Shown here one piece after another: positions 13,803 through 27,559 of a DNA stretch of 64,000 bases. The stretch covers positions 17,050,001-17,114,000 of the forward strand of contig NC_043012.1 in the NCBI RefSeq assembly GCF_006345805.1. Direction: 5' to 3'. Position 1 is the stretch's first letter, and each line of letters starts with the position of its first letter. The notes beneath the pieces were generated by a model, which did not search any database, was not told where the DNA came from, and was given only the letters and a program-made list of their open reading frames with translations. A program made the translations under genes and the position numbers. This stretch comes from Octopus sinensis (taxonomy: Eukaryota).

Positions 13803-14372
13803 TCCCCAGCCACTGCTTGGCAGTCGGTGTTGGTGTGTTTACGTCCCCGTAACCTAGCGCTTCGGCAAAATAATTCGATAGAATAAGTATCAGGTTTTAA
13901 AAAATAAAAAAAAAGTTTGGGGTTGATTCCTTCGATTAAATATTCTTCAAGGAGGTGCCCAAGTATGGTAGCAGTCTGATAACTGAAAGAAGTAAAAGAA
14001 TATTGTAGAAATATAACCAATCAGGCGCCGGCGTGGCTGTGTGGTAAGTAGCTTGCTTACCAGCCACGTCGTTCCGGGTCAGTCCTACTGCGTGGCACCT
14101 TGGGCTGACCAAAGCCTTGTGAGAGGATTTGGAAAGAAGCCCGTCATATATGTATGTGTGTGTATGTTTCTGTGTCTGTGTTTGTCCACCCACCATCACT
14201 TGGCAAGCGATGCTGGTGTGTTTACGACCCCGTAACTTAACGGTTCGGCAAAAGATACCGATAGAATAAGTACTAGGCTCACAAAGAATAAGTCCTGGGG
14301 TCGATTTGCTTCGCCTAAAGGCAGTGCTCCAGTATGGCCGCAGTCAAATTACTGAAATAAATAAAAGAATAA
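13557..14372 (+). mobile_element. Two tandem SINE family A copies
   Basis: Heads at ~13557 and ~14024, each with an internal (TA)/(TG) tract and a gactgaaa...aaaagaat tail. Confidence 0.85.
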
Positions 14373-14501
14373 ATTCATTGCACGTAGACTTTAACAAAAT
14401 CTTATAGGGACTTCCCACCCCAAAGGTATTGTGGACCTTGGTTGAGAAGTACTGGTCTAGATTGAAGAGGCACTGTCGTGGAATGTGACTTGTCTGGAAG
14501 G

Positions 14502-14738
14502 CAGTAATGTAGCTAGAATATGTGCGGCCCGGGAGCAGCCCTTAAGTTTGCCGACCACGCCTCCGACCTCAATACAGGTTTATACAGCACACTCGAAAGT
14601 GCCGGCCCATAAGAGTGTCACGTGGGGCCGACCACCCGACCTAAATTCGATACTGATTGGCGGCAGTGGCGTAGCTAGTCTGTGCCGCCCCGGAAAACCC
14701 TTGGGTTTTTTTCAACTCCTCCTGCCCCTATAGATATT
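14502..14738 (+). mobile_element. Non-autonomous DNA element ends (cagtggcgtagctag-type TIR)
   Basis: cagtaatgtagctag...gcggcccggg at 14502 and cagtggcgtagctag...gccgccccgg at ~14663. The second runs directly into the minisatellite. Confidence 0.5.
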
Positions 14739-15833
14739 TGGAAAGTTCCGAGGATGGGGGTACTTCCTGGAAAATTCCGAGGATAGGGACTTCGTGCAAA
14801 CTTCCAAGATTTTGGGGACTTTCTGGAAAGTTCCGAGGGTGGGGTACTTCCTGGAAAGATCTGAGAATTTGGGGATATTCTGGAAAACCCGAGGATGTTT
14901 CCTGGAAAGTTCCGAGCATTTGGGGACTTCATGGAAAGTTCCGAGGATTGGGATTTCCTGGAAAATCCGAGGATAGGGTAATTCCTGGAAAGTTTCGAGG
15001 ATTTGGGGTCTTCCTGGAAAGTTCTGTGTATTTTGGGACTTCCTGGAAAGATTCGAGGGTGTGAACTTCTTGGAAAATTCCGAGGATAGGCTACTTCCTC
15101 GAAAGATTCGAGGATTTGGAAATTTGCTGGAAAGTTCCGATGATATGGAAAATTCCTGGAAAATTCCGAGGATGGAATACTTCTAGGAAAGTTCTGAGGA
15201 TTAGGGAACATCCTGGAAAGCTCCAATGTTGGGGTACTTCCTGGAAAGTTCCGAGGATCAGGGGACTCCTTGGAAAGTTCCGAGGGTTTGTAAACTTCCT
15301 GGAAAGTTCCGAGAATTAGGGGACTTCCTGGAAAGTTCCGAGGAATGTTACGAGCATTTGGGGGAATTCCTGGAAATTTCCGAGGGTGAGGAGTCCTTAG
15401 AAAACTCCTAGGATAAGGTACTTCCCGGAAAGTTCCGAGGAATTGGGGACTTCCTTGAAATGTCCAAGGATATTTACCGGAAAGTTCCGAGGATATATAT
15501 ACTAGCAAAACGCCGTCCAACGGACAGTGCTGAGTTGTCAAACATTTAAACCAAATTTTCTCAAAACAGCTTGCCCGACTGTCCTATAGGCCTCCCCTTT
15601 GTGAAACAATGATTTAACCTAAATTTGAGACACCAGCAAAAGAAGAATAAAGATAGACTTTTTTTCTATTCCAAAGAAAAACGATTTTATTCACACAAAT
15701 ATGCAACTGAAGCGTTTAAAATACTCGTAAGTACATCGCAACAGCTGATGTACTTGCGAGGATGAGATACTTCCTGGAAAGTTCCGAGGATTTGGGGACT
15801 TCCTGGAAAGTACTAAGTATTAGGGGACTTCCT
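14739..15833. repeat. ~27-29 bp minisatellite (consensus ggggacttcctggaaagttccgaggatt), about 27 units plus 3 more after an insertion
   Basis: Units counted by eye at 14739-15495 and 15757-15833. Each has a near-palindromic core acttcc-t-ggaaagt. Confidence 0.95.
15502..15760 (-). mobile_element. Helitron-like fragment (3' end)
   Basis: Minus strand ends ctgtcc-gtt-ggacgg (hairpin) + cgttttg + CTAG|T, the canonical Helitron 3' terminus. Confidence 0.55.
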
Positions 15834-16558
15834 AATATATATGATGGACTTCTTTCAGTTTCCGTTTACCAAATCCACTCACAAAGATTGGCTCGGGGCT
15901 ATGGTAGAAGACGCTCTTCCGAGATGTTACGCTGCGTGACTGAACGTGTGAAACTGAACGCACCGCACCTAAAAGAGTAAACATCAAAATGATTTAGCTT
16001 ATATGATAAAATTGTGAACAATAGCATCGTTGCCTCAGGGTAGGTCTATCGCTAGTTCCTTCTACTCATGGTGGAATGAACAACAGTGAAATTACTTGTG
16101 CAATTCCATAGTCGCCACTCGATAGCAAGTTTGTTTAATGTGCCAGTGTGATCGTGGGCAGACACTGACACTTTCAAAGATCGGCTACCTTCACAAAAAA
16201 AAAAAAAATATGGGTAACCTTCACAAAAAAAATTGATAACTGAAGGGTGACAGTTGAGTAGACGCGAACAGTGCGAAATATAGTGGATTGGTCGCTGACA
16301 CAACACAGCATACGGTCTGGGAATCGAACTCATGAATTTATGATTGGAAGTCCAGCAGCCATAACCACGATACAAGTATTTTCACTGAAACAGTAAACAT
16401 GTGACTGTCAGACATATTGTTTAGTCTTTCTAATGTTTTTTGAATTACCACGAAGAATATTTTCTCTCTTAGTGTTTCAAGGGTTTTTTTTTTTATTTCT
16501 GTATGACTTTTGCTTATAGTTTCTGCAATTTTAATAAATTTGACCTCTTTTCAGATAC

Positions 16559-16931
16559 ATGACGATAGAGCATTTTCGCCATCTGTTTCTCTTCACCTTT
16601 CAATCAAAGTTCCAAAACGGCCAAAGCCACACGAGACATTTGTACTGTGTATGGAGAGGGTGCTATTACTGAAAGATGTGCACAGAAATGGTTTTCACAT
16701 TTCAAGGACGATAAATTCGATCTCACGGATTCTCTAGGTTCCAGATGACCTGTTCAGTTCAACGAGGGCCGATTAAATGAGCTTTTCCACGAGGGTCAGC
16801 GTCGTCGGTCCATTTTGGAATTGGTCAGCCAGATGGGATGCTCTCATGGTATCGTCGGCCATGAGCTTCAGTCGATGGGTAAGGTTCAAAACCTCAGTGC
16901 ATGGAAGACACACGCTCTGAACGTCGATTAA
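16559..16931 (+). mobile_element. Mariner transposase relic, N-terminal HTH region
   Basis: MTIEHFRHLFLFTFNQ...ICTVYGEGAITERCAQKWFSHFK...SMGKVQNLSAW, with an internal stop. Confidence 0.85.
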
Positions 16932-17529
16932 AAGGAAAATTAAAATAAATTAGAAGCAAAAAGAAAAGAAAACAGGCGAACGAATTTATTTCACAACCTA
17001 ATGCTACAATATATTTTTATACAAGGCCATAATACAATTTTCTTTGAGCAATTTTAAATTTGTATAAATTTAGTTCTATTTATGGCAGAATAAAATAAAA
17101 TTAATCTGTGGAAAGGATAAATGAAAGAATTTATTAGATTTTTAAAAAGATATATTTTTGAGATTAATTTTCAATGTGATTCACATGGTTACGTCTAAAA
17201 ACCGTAATGCGAGATTTTACGTAGGAATTTTAGTTCTCTGAATCACATTAGTTATCTTGGCATGCAAAGCATCTATAGACTCTTGTTTAGTTGGATAAAT
17301 AGGACAATTTTATGTCCCCATAAAAGAACGATGAAGCTATAATTAATTTTAAAAATTAATGAACAATTATAATAAATTTTTATTGACGATGATAAAATAC
17401 TTGCATCAGGCCTATAAATGTTCTTTACATATTAATTGTGTCATAAATGAAACTGAAATTATAAATATTTAAAATTCAAAATTTAAAATTGCTCAGGGAC
17501 TGTCTAAATAACCTACAACCTTAAATCTT

Positions 17530-17612
<83 letters not shown>

Positions 17613-17629
17613 GTCTGTCTGTCTGTCCG

Positions 17630-17697
<68 letters not shown>

Positions 17698-17714
17698 CCT
17701 ACCTACCTACCAAC

Positions 17715-17748
<34 letters not shown>

Positions 17749-17974
17749 CTTGTATCATTCCTTCTCTCTCTTTCTCTCTCTCCCTCTCTCTCTACCTATC
17801 TGTCTATCCAGCTACCTATCTACCTATCTACCTATCTGTCTGTTTGTTCGTCTATCTGCCTTTCAAACTCTATCTGCCTGTCTCTCTCTCTATCTCTCAC
17901 TACCCTTCTCTCTGTCTGTTTATCTGTCTGTCTGTCCTTCTGCCTGTGTATCTGTTTGTCACTCACTCCCCTTC

Positions 17975-18005
<31 letters not shown>

Positions 18006-18144
18006 GTCTTTGTTTATGTATCTCTAAATACACACACACATAGACAGGTATAAACATACACACACGCACACACAGCCACGCACACACATAGCCACGCACA
18101 CACACACAGACACACACACACTCGCACAAACACACACACACACA

Positions 18145-18175
<31 letters not shown>

Positions 18176-18273
18176 CACCACACACATGGAGGAGGTATCT
18201 TCCTGGGGCTACAAACTACAGTAGCATCCACCCTTAGGGGTTAGCCATATTCAAATGGCAAATATGCGTCACG

Positions 18274-18326
<53 letters not shown>
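17530..18326. repeat. (TCTA)n, (CA)n and (TA)n microsatellite field
   Basis: Directly visible. Confidence 0.95.
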
Positions 18327-18327
<1 letters not shown>

Positions 18328-18677
18328 GAGCTCCAACTATTTGATCTCCTCTTTGAAAGTCCGATAGTTCTGTCATTTTAATGAATTTTAATTACCTTTT
18401 TCCGATGATATCTGAAAAGAAGCAGCAATTTTTAGCAGAGCGTAAAAAGCAACACTAATAATAAATGAAATACATAAAAATAAAAAAAAGCCTTTGACGG
18501 TTTTATAGATATTTCAAAATTATAATGCTATGATGCTAGGTGTTTCCATTATTTTGTCCAAGCAGTTTGTTCGACGCACTGACGATTTTGCCAATCGATC
18601 GTCCACCCGATGGCAATGACAAATAATTTCTAACTTAACTTTGACACAAGGTGGTATATTTGATTGTTGTAGTGGGC

Positions 18678-18845
18678 AGTGGCGTAACGTGGAGTGTGCG
18701 GGATGTGAGAATCAGAGAGGGTGGCCACGTTGGTGGTGGTGGTGGTGGGAAGCCAACTTATGTTAAAGGTATGTTACGTTTAAGGAAGGTGGTGGCCAAG
18801 TTTGGCGACCACACGACGCCGCCCAAAACACAAACTCCGCCATTG
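18678..18845. mobile_element. Short MITE with cagtggcg/cgccattg termini
   Basis: Imperfect terminal inverted repeat of the same type as at ~14663. Confidence 0.45.
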
Positions 18846-19672
18846 AACGGGGAACAGTTTTATTTCACTATTATAGTAATTGTTGTTACTGCTGTTGTTT
18901 GGGCCCACATCAACCCCGATCAAATAGATGTAGGATTAGAAGCGTTCCAGCCGTGAACATTCCGTCTATTTTCTACGAGCAGAGAACTCGGGACCGCAAT
19001 ATTTCAATGCATTGGTTTTTTTAATCGGTAGAGCGTGATACGAAGGTGGTACGGTTGATATTTGTAGCGTATCGAGATATGGTTTGATACTTAAAGCACA
19101 TTTAGACGCAGAGGCCCCCTCGTTCGTTCAACTTTTCATCACAGTTAAGTCAGTCGGGCATGCAGGCAAGCACGTAGCCAGGTAAAAACAACCGGAAGCC
19201 TAAAATTTCAAGAAGAAAGATGACATGAGAGCTATGACTTTCATACATTACTTAAGGGATTTTAAAATAAAATAAAAATAAAATCTGTCTCTCTCTCTCT
19301 CTCTCTCTCTCTGTATCTGTATCTGTCACTGTCACCCTCTTTTTCTTTCTCTCTCTCTCTCTTTCACACACAAAACAACTTACACACATACACACACACA
19401 GAGAAAAAAAAAAAGCAACATAAACAGCCAAGTATAACACAACTGAAAAAGAAAAAGAGAACAAATATAAAAAGAAAAAACACTTCAGAAATGCATGCCC
19501 TCAACTTGCCATTAAGCAACATCTAAAATCGTCAATCTCACTACAATTGTTAGGTTTTATAATCATCTTCTTTGATCATTTTTCCATGGAGACTACATAT
19601 TGTTTCAACAGTGAACACTGCACGACTACTAACAGCAACAACAACAACGACAACAGCAACAACACAACAACA

Positions 19673-19706
<34 letters not shown>

Positions 19707-19723
19707 TCACCACCACCACCACC

Positions 19724-19772
<49 letters not shown>

Positions 19773-19773
19773 T

Positions 19774-19826
<53 letters not shown>

Positions 19827-20114
19827 TTGCTGCTGTTGTTGTTGTTGCTACTACAGAAAAATCCACAGTCAGACCAAACGTATGTCTTTACGCAGTCATA
19901 TCTTTGCAGTCCTTAATGTCTGAGTTCAAATCCCGACTTCGACCGCTTGTAATGATTTCGATTTTAATACTCATCGCTACTAACCTCGTCGTGATTGAAA
20001 AGGGTAAGTGTGCACTTGGAGGCGATGGGGGATGTCGTTTCAATCGAGTCCTATATTCCTTTTTTTACAATATTTCGGTCTTGTTAGGTTTTATAATCAT
20101 CTTCTTTGATTATT

Positions 20115-20670
20115 ACGCGTGGCCTAGTGGTAAAGGTATTCGACTCACGATAGTAAGGTCGTGAGTTCGTTTCATGGCGCGGCGTTGCGTCTTTCTGTAA
20201 GACATTTTATTTCACGTTGCTCCAGTCCAACCAGCTGGTAAAAATGAGTTGTACCTATTTCTTTACTACCCACAAGGGGCTAAACACAGAGAGGACAAAC
20301 AAGGACAGACAAATGGATTAAGTCGATTATATCGACCCCAGTGCGTAACTGGTACTTATTTAATCGACCCCGAAAGGATGAAAGGCAAAGTCGACCTCGG
20401 CGGAATTTGAACTCAGAACGTAACGGCAGACGAAATACCACTAAGTATTTCGCCTGGCATGCTAACGATTCTGCTAACACGCCGTTGTACCAGTTATTCA
20501 AAGGGGCCAGCCTTGTCACATTCCGTGTCACGCTGAATCTCCATGAGAACTACGCTAAGGATATACGTGTCTGTGAAGTACTCAGCCACTTGCACGTCTG
20601 TTTCACGAGCAGGCTGTTGCGTTGATCGGATCAACTGGAACCCACGTCGTCGTAACCGACGGAATGCCAG
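20115..20670 (+). mobile_element. SINE family C/D-type copy with a nested family B SINE (20256-20483, minus strand)
   Basis: tRNA-like head gcgtggcctagtgg...gagttcgttt. The nested SINE is flanked by the 8-bp TSD gttgtacc at 20248-20255 and 20484-20491. Confidence 0.85.
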
Positions 20671-21118
20671 TCTTTTTCAGTTTGGTAATCACACGAAGAA
20701 GAAAAAAAAATTACAAGCTCGCTTTGCTACCATGTGGTTTAGGGTTCTGTCCCATTCTGCGGCACCTTCGACACGTGTCTTCTACTAATAGCCCCGGGTC
20801 GACTGATGCCTCGTGAGTGAATTTGGTAGACGGACACCGTATATAAGCCAATTACATACATACATGTGTGTGCATGTGTGTGCATGTGTGTGTGTGTGTT
20901 GGGCTTCTCCCCCCACCCCCTACCATCTCTAGATAATAGATGTTTGTCTACATCCTTATTACTTAGCGGTTCGGCAAAAGTGATTGAAAAAATAAATACC
21001 AGACTTTAAAAAATAAGTGCTGGGGGCGATTTCTTCGGGTAAACACTTGAAGGCGATGCAACAGCATGGCCGCAGTCCAATGACTGAAATAAGTAACAAA
21101 ATATAATATATATACCCA

Positions 21119-21507
21119 GGCGCAGGAGTGGCTGTGTGGTAAGTAGCTTGCTAACCAACCACATGGTTCCGGGTTCAGTCCCACTGCGAGGCATCTTGGG
21201 CAAGTGTCTTCTGCTATAGCCCCGGGCCGACCAATGCCTTGTGAGTGGATTTTGTAGACGGAAACTGAAAGAAGCCTGTCGTATATATATATATGTGTAT
21301 GTTTGTGTGTCTGTGTTTGTCCCCTTAGCATTGCTTGACAACCGATGCTGGTGTGTTTACGTCCCCGTCACTTAGCGGTTCGGCAAAAAGAGACCGATAG
21401 AATAAGTACTGGGCTTACAAAGAATAAGTCCCGGGGTCGATTTGCTCGACTAAAGGCGGTGCTCCAGCATGGCCGCAGTCAAATGACTGAAACAAAAGTA
21501 AAAGAGA
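21119..21507 (+). mobile_element. Full-length young SINE family A (tRNA head, CORE-like cttgggcaagt domain, internal microsatellite)
   Basis: A box tggctgtgtgg, B box ggttcagtcc. It is inserted at the 3' end of the adjacent RTE copy (compare tatatccagg|cctattcccc at ~8490). Confidence 0.9.
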
Positions 21508-21515
21508 AAGAGAGA

Positions 21516-21943
21516 CCTATTCCCCAAGTTTTTTAGGAGGGGGTAGCCACAACAAGACCCACACCAGCCATTCCATTCTTTCCCAGCTTAAAGAGGCGAG
21601 CCCTGTTCTATGCTCGGGTCAAACCATGGAACGCAACCCCCAATATCAATGGCGGAGCCCGACAGTATATGCTGGTTTACTCCCGCTGCATCATGGTGGT
21701 TCTGTACCCGTTTGAGCAACATCAAATTCACTCATCCGTCCACAAACCCTCTCAAAGTTTTCCAGTCATTTATAAACTTTAGCCACCAAAGCTTTCCTCG
21801 CTCCATCCATCCACACAAACCGATGTCTGCCTCTGGCTTAGCTGCCTACCACTTCTCCCTTCACCAGCCTCCTTACCACCCACTCCTCATCCATCCTCTC
21901 CATGTGGCCAAACCACCTCAACATCCGTGTTTCCATTTTGGTT
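21516..21943 (-). mobile_element. RTE-clade LINE 3' end, second copy
   Basis: Aligns with 8499-8900 and contains [12 protein letters not shown]. Confidence 0.85.
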
Positions 21944-21988
21944 GTTAGTTGTATGTGTGTGTGTGCATATATATACACACACACACAC

Positions 21989-22068
<80 letters not shown>

Positions 22069-22364
22069 CATACTGGGAGAAAGGAAAGAAACGAAACGAA
22101 ACGACGCGAGGGCGCTCAGTCATACAATAAATAAAATATATGCATACATACATACATATATGTACGTACCTACATCTACATGTATATATACATGCATATA
22201 TAAATATATATATGTGAGTACAGGACACCACAAATAGACGTATATATGTATGTATGTATGTATGTATATATATATATATATATATGCGTGTGTGTGTGTA
22301 TATAATAGTGATTCGCCCTGTATAGTGAAATTCATACTTTGCTGAGAATGACTAACAATCGTTT

Positions 22365-23290
22365 CAAACTTAAGCAGAAGACCTGCAATTTTAGGGCGAG
22401 GCTGTAGTCAATTACATCGACCCCATTGCTTATCTGGGACTTACTTTATCGATCCCGAAAGGATTAAAGGTAAAATTATCTCGGTGAAATTAGAACTTAA
22501 GACGTTAAAGAACCGGAAGGAATGCCATTAAGCCATTTGTTTGACGCGCTAACGACCCTGCCAGTTCGCTGCCTCATCAGAGTAACTAATACGAATGTTA
22601 ACTATTGTTCAGGTGTTAATCAGTTCATGTAATGTTCGTTAAAATTATAATTAGAAATAATTAAGCGGTGAGAAAAAAATACAACATTCGCAAAAAATAA
22701 ACTAATATTGTTTTAATCATTTCAGCATGTATAAGAAATATCTTCATATCTGTATATATATTGACTTATATTGTATATTTGCTGAACTTTCTAATCGTCT
22801 GGATGTTTCGGTGTTTTTAAACCTCGTCAGTGCGGTGAATTTGCAGAATCGTTAGCGTGTCGGACAAAATACTTGGCGGCATTTCTTCTGGCTTTATGTT
22901 CTGAGTTCAAATCCTGCTGCGGTCGACTTTACCTTTCGTCCTTTCAGAATCGATAAAATAAGTACCAGTCGAGCACTGGGGTCAATGTAATCGACTAGCT
23001 CCCTCCCGCAAAATTTCAGGCCCTGTGCCTAAAGAAATAAGAAAAAATTATTCGGAATTCTCAAAGTGGCGAGCTGGCAGAATCGATAGAACGTCGGAAA
23101 AATCGCTTTGTGATATTTGTTCCGATTGTTTAAATGTTTTAAGTTCAAATCCCGCTGAGTTCAACTTTTACCTTCGATTCCTTCTCGGTCGATAAAATAA
23201 AATACCATCACGTGACTGGGAGGGGAGATATATTCAGTTAATATCCTCTCCTCAAAATTGCTGGTCTTGTGCTTAAATCTGAGACCATTC
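22365..23290. mobile_element. Cluster of three diverged family B SINEs
   Basis: The gtcgacttt.cctttc.tcctttc...gataaaataagtacc domain occurs at ~22440 (minus), ~22920 and ~23160 (plus). Confidence 0.8.
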
Positions 23291-25346
23291 TTAGTCATTT
23301 TCAGTAATAACAATCTTCGTCATTCTCGCTGGGGGTAGAGATGATTCTTTGACTTCATCCTTGGTAGAGTAGGGATGAAATACTCATAAAATAGCGATAT
23401 ATTTTGCAGGAGTATGTACAATTTAGATATATCATACTACATACGAGGACAAATGAACAATTAGCCCATAAACAAAAAACGAAAAGAAGCAGACGTTAAT
23501 TACTTAGAGACGCCATACTGATGGAAGACAAGAATTAATTAGATGTTAGCATATTTAATGAAGTGAGCAATAAGTAGATATTGACGCGGTGACGAAAAGG
23601 CAACATCAGCTCAAAGAATAATATTTTAATGATTTCATCAACTATGGGAGACAACCGAGGACATGTTTCTGTTTTATTACACGTCCTCAATGAATCATGT
23701 AGAGCCGCTATAGGTCAAGTTTTACCGTGCATCTGCTCTTGTTTGTACAAATGTGGGCTAGATTTTATTGAGGAAAACTGGTGGCTTGCCCATGTATGTG
23801 AATGTGTCACCTCTTTCCATGCCACCCATGTTTATCCAAGGGAACGGCTGCCGACTTGGGACAGATAGAGCTTGGAACAAGTCGGTCGTGGCAGCGTAGC
23901 TGTCAGAAGGCAGAAGGCCAGAAAAAAATACCACGGAGATCGTTTCCCGACACTTTAACACATAATGCACATATATGTCTACATACACTTACACACACAC
24001 GCGCGCGTGCACACACAAATATTTACATACACGCATACATTCAGTCATACATAGAAGCATACATGCATGTACACATACATACATACGTACATACATAATA
24101 CGTACATACATACACGTACATACATACATACAGATAGGCATACAGAGATATATATGTGTGTATCTATCTGTCTGTCTCTATATATATTTATATGCGTGTA
24201 TGTATGTATGTATGTATGTATTATGCAAAATTCATCGTTTCAGATTTTCTGCAGACATCAGCGTCCGCTAGCACTGACTTGTTACGACACTTCGTTTACG
24301 AATACGTCTACATAGACAATGCGATCGAAGGTAGAAAAATAGGTGATGGGTGTATATGCGTATTTCAGGAGTTCTTACCCTTTCTTCAGTCTCACATCCA
24401 ACCCATTAACAACCTATTAACAACCCATTAACCAACCGCAAACGCATTAATTAAATAACCACCAAATATAACGGCGTAACACAATTGGATATACCAATTT
24501 TTACATATTTAACAACTTCCTGGCAACTGGTGCGTACATACTAATTACTTGCAGGGACACCGAATTTCGTTATGCAACTATAATATATTAGCCTCCCAGT
24601 TAAATACAAACATCCTTATTCTCCACCAATGCTTTGTCCTGAATTGCTACTGGTGTATCGACTCCGAAAGAACGAAAAGGAAAATCGACCTCAGTGGGGA
24701 TTTGAACTCAAAGCGCAGAGAATCGGAACCAGTTAATCATATGCTTCACCACAAACTTAATCGAAGAATAATATTCGCTGTGTCGCAGTGTCGCAGTGAT
24801 AGTACGGATACGAACCCCGATTATTTTTTTTTATCTCAGCCATTGTTACGTGACACTCCCTTAACCATTCAGTTATACAACACGCCTTGTCAAAGCGGTA
24901 AGAAATAATTTATCTTTACCAATATTTTGTTCCTATATGAGACTGGAAAAAACTGATCAAGCAAGATATTAACGTTAGTGTATATACGTTTACTTGATTC
25001 ATGGATATTTGATTGTATTTCGAGTGCCAGAATATCTAGAGACTGGTTTGTTTTATATTTCTTTCTCTAGCTCTTCTCATTTAATATCTGAACAACATAA
25101 TAATTCTTGTGGATCAGAGAATTTCGTTCTTTTGAAGTGGCAAATAAAATGAGAAAATACAAGAGAAAAAAATGTATATATGAATAGAAATAAAATTAAA
25201 AAAAAGAACAAAGAAAGGAAAGCAAAAACAATCAGAGAATTTATAAATAAAACTAAACGTGGTTAGGAGCGTGCGTTAATATTTTATCCCATAAACTACA
25301 AAATTTCCGAACCGTCCGCAATGTACCATCGCCTAGTAGTAGTAGC

Positions 25347-25385
<39 letters not shown>

Positions 25386-26213
25386 TGCTCGCATACATAC
25401 ATGCATACATACATACATACATACATACATACATACATACATACATACGCATGTATATGTATATAATATGCACACTCACACACGCACGCACGCACGCACA
25501 TACACACACATGCCCACCCCCACACATATAAACATATAATCTTTGGATTGTCCAACGGTCTCTCTCTCCATCTATCTCTTTGTATATGCATATATGTATA
25601 CACACACACACACACACTTATATATTCGCACACACACAAATATGTATCTATACTTACATACACACGTATAGTCACATACATTTATACATATGCATATATA
25701 TGTACGTGTATATATTGTGTCTATATATAGACACACACACACACACACACAACACACACACACATACACATATACATACATCTGTTCGCACAATATATAC
25801 GTGCATAAAACTAGTGAAATAACTGCAGGAAAGAAAGCGGTTCTTTGACACCTCCTTCGTATCCACAAAAATCTTAGATAAGGTTACGAAAGGTTGTCGG
25901 TTATTGTATCTTCACAAAAACTGCACAATATTAGACTGCAGGCAAATGTGAAGAATGCCAGTCTTTGATGTCACCATATACAGTCTCCACAGTAATAACT
26001 GCGAACTGCGGGAAGAAATAACGCTTGGAATATGGTTCTGTATACTGCGCGAGAGTTATGAAGACATGTGTTTGTAATGGGCTGCATTGTTCAGCCGAAA
26101 ACTGTTCCTGAGATTAACCTCTGCTGATCGATGTACATACTGATTGAGTCTCCCACTTTCTCTGTCGTATACCCTCTCTTTGATTCTTTCCTTCCTTCCT
26201 TCCATCCATCCAC

Positions 26214-26266
<53 letters not shown>

Positions 26267-26357
26267 ATCTATCTATCTATCATCTATCTATCCATCCATC
26301 CATCCATCCATCTATATATCTATTTATCTATCAATCTATCTATCTATCTATCTATCC

Positions 26358-26418
<61 letters not shown>

Positions 26419-26564
26419 GTTTTATGTATGTATGTATGTATGTATCTATATATCTGTACGTATAAACATGCATAAATGCATACACACACACACACACACA
26501 CACATAAATATAAAACTATCCATATGCATGTATCTGTCGACATACACTTCCATCTATCTACCCC

Positions 26565-26600
<36 letters not shown>

Positions 26601-26932
26601 TTCAGTGATAAATGAACCAGTAATCAAATACAACCCAACACTTTGTGCGTGATATGATAAATCTCTCACACACCAGCAAAATCTAGATATAAATTATCTT
26701 CGGTATCCGCAGTTTCCATACGGTCGTATCTATGTTGCACAGGACATGGCTGTATGTATGTATGTATGTATGTATGTATGTATGCATGTGTGTGAGTGTG
26801 CGCGCGCGTATTCGAGCGTGCACGTGTGTATGCACGTTCGCGTGTCTGCAGGTGTATGTATGTCCACCCACCTTTCGATACCCTTATCCATTTATCCCCA
26901 TATCCATTGATATAACTATGCATCAGTTCACA

Positions 26933-26971
<39 letters not shown>

Positions 26972-27559
26972 TATATAGCACATAACGTTGTGGTTGCGTC
27001 GGCCAGGCTGGTTAGCGTGGTGGCGGCTTCTGTTTATTGTTAATTTTGCTCTTTCAGTTTTTCACTCTTCTCATTTACCCTCCAGCACACCTTACTTTCT
27101 CTCTCGTTCTCTCTGCCCGCCTCTCTTCTCAATTTTCCTGTTTATGTGTGGAGGCATATTTCTCTTTATGTGTCTGAAGAAAGGGATACCTTTTATGTCA
27201 ATTATGTACAACAACTAAATTGTAATGTCCCCCCCCCTCTCTCTCTTGTCTTCTCTATCTGTACGTGTATATTTTTGCGTTCGTGTGTGTCTGAATGCAT
27301 TTGTGCGTATGTGTGCGTGCGTGTCTGCTTTCAGTGCCAAAGCGTACTGTCACCCAAACAGTTCGAATGGTTTGTCACCGACGCCAGATTGTCTCATCAC
27401 GCATTTTTCTTCTACCCAACGTTGAATTTTTTCATTCTTCTTACATCTACCAGGTACCGTTTTATGTTTATTTTCAGTTTTATTCAAAGTTATTTTAGTT
27501 GTTACCCGCAAACTAGAGTTCTTTTACAGGTGCCAGTAACACCAATGAACAGTCGATAC

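Noticed and set aside
14739-15833. CRISPR-like array, or the 288-aa ORF 14675-15541 as a gene
   Set aside because: The linkers are only 7-9 nt and related to each other, there are no cas genes, and the context is eukaryotic. The ORF is read-through of the tandem repeat.
21119-21190. tRNA gene calls at SINE heads (also 29001, 31940, 61150)
   Set aside because: A and B boxes are present, but there is no complete cloverleaf and each continues into a repeated SINE body.
22795-22835. CTGACGA-ggt..acc-GAAA on the minus strand, and a similar motif at 4345-4385
   Set aside because: The core and stem II are plausible, but stem III, the cleavage site or GAAA are broken. These are at most decayed relics.
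25830-26130. Unique sequence as a possible coding exon
   Set aside because: It has only short open frames with no recognisable domain or convincing splice pair.
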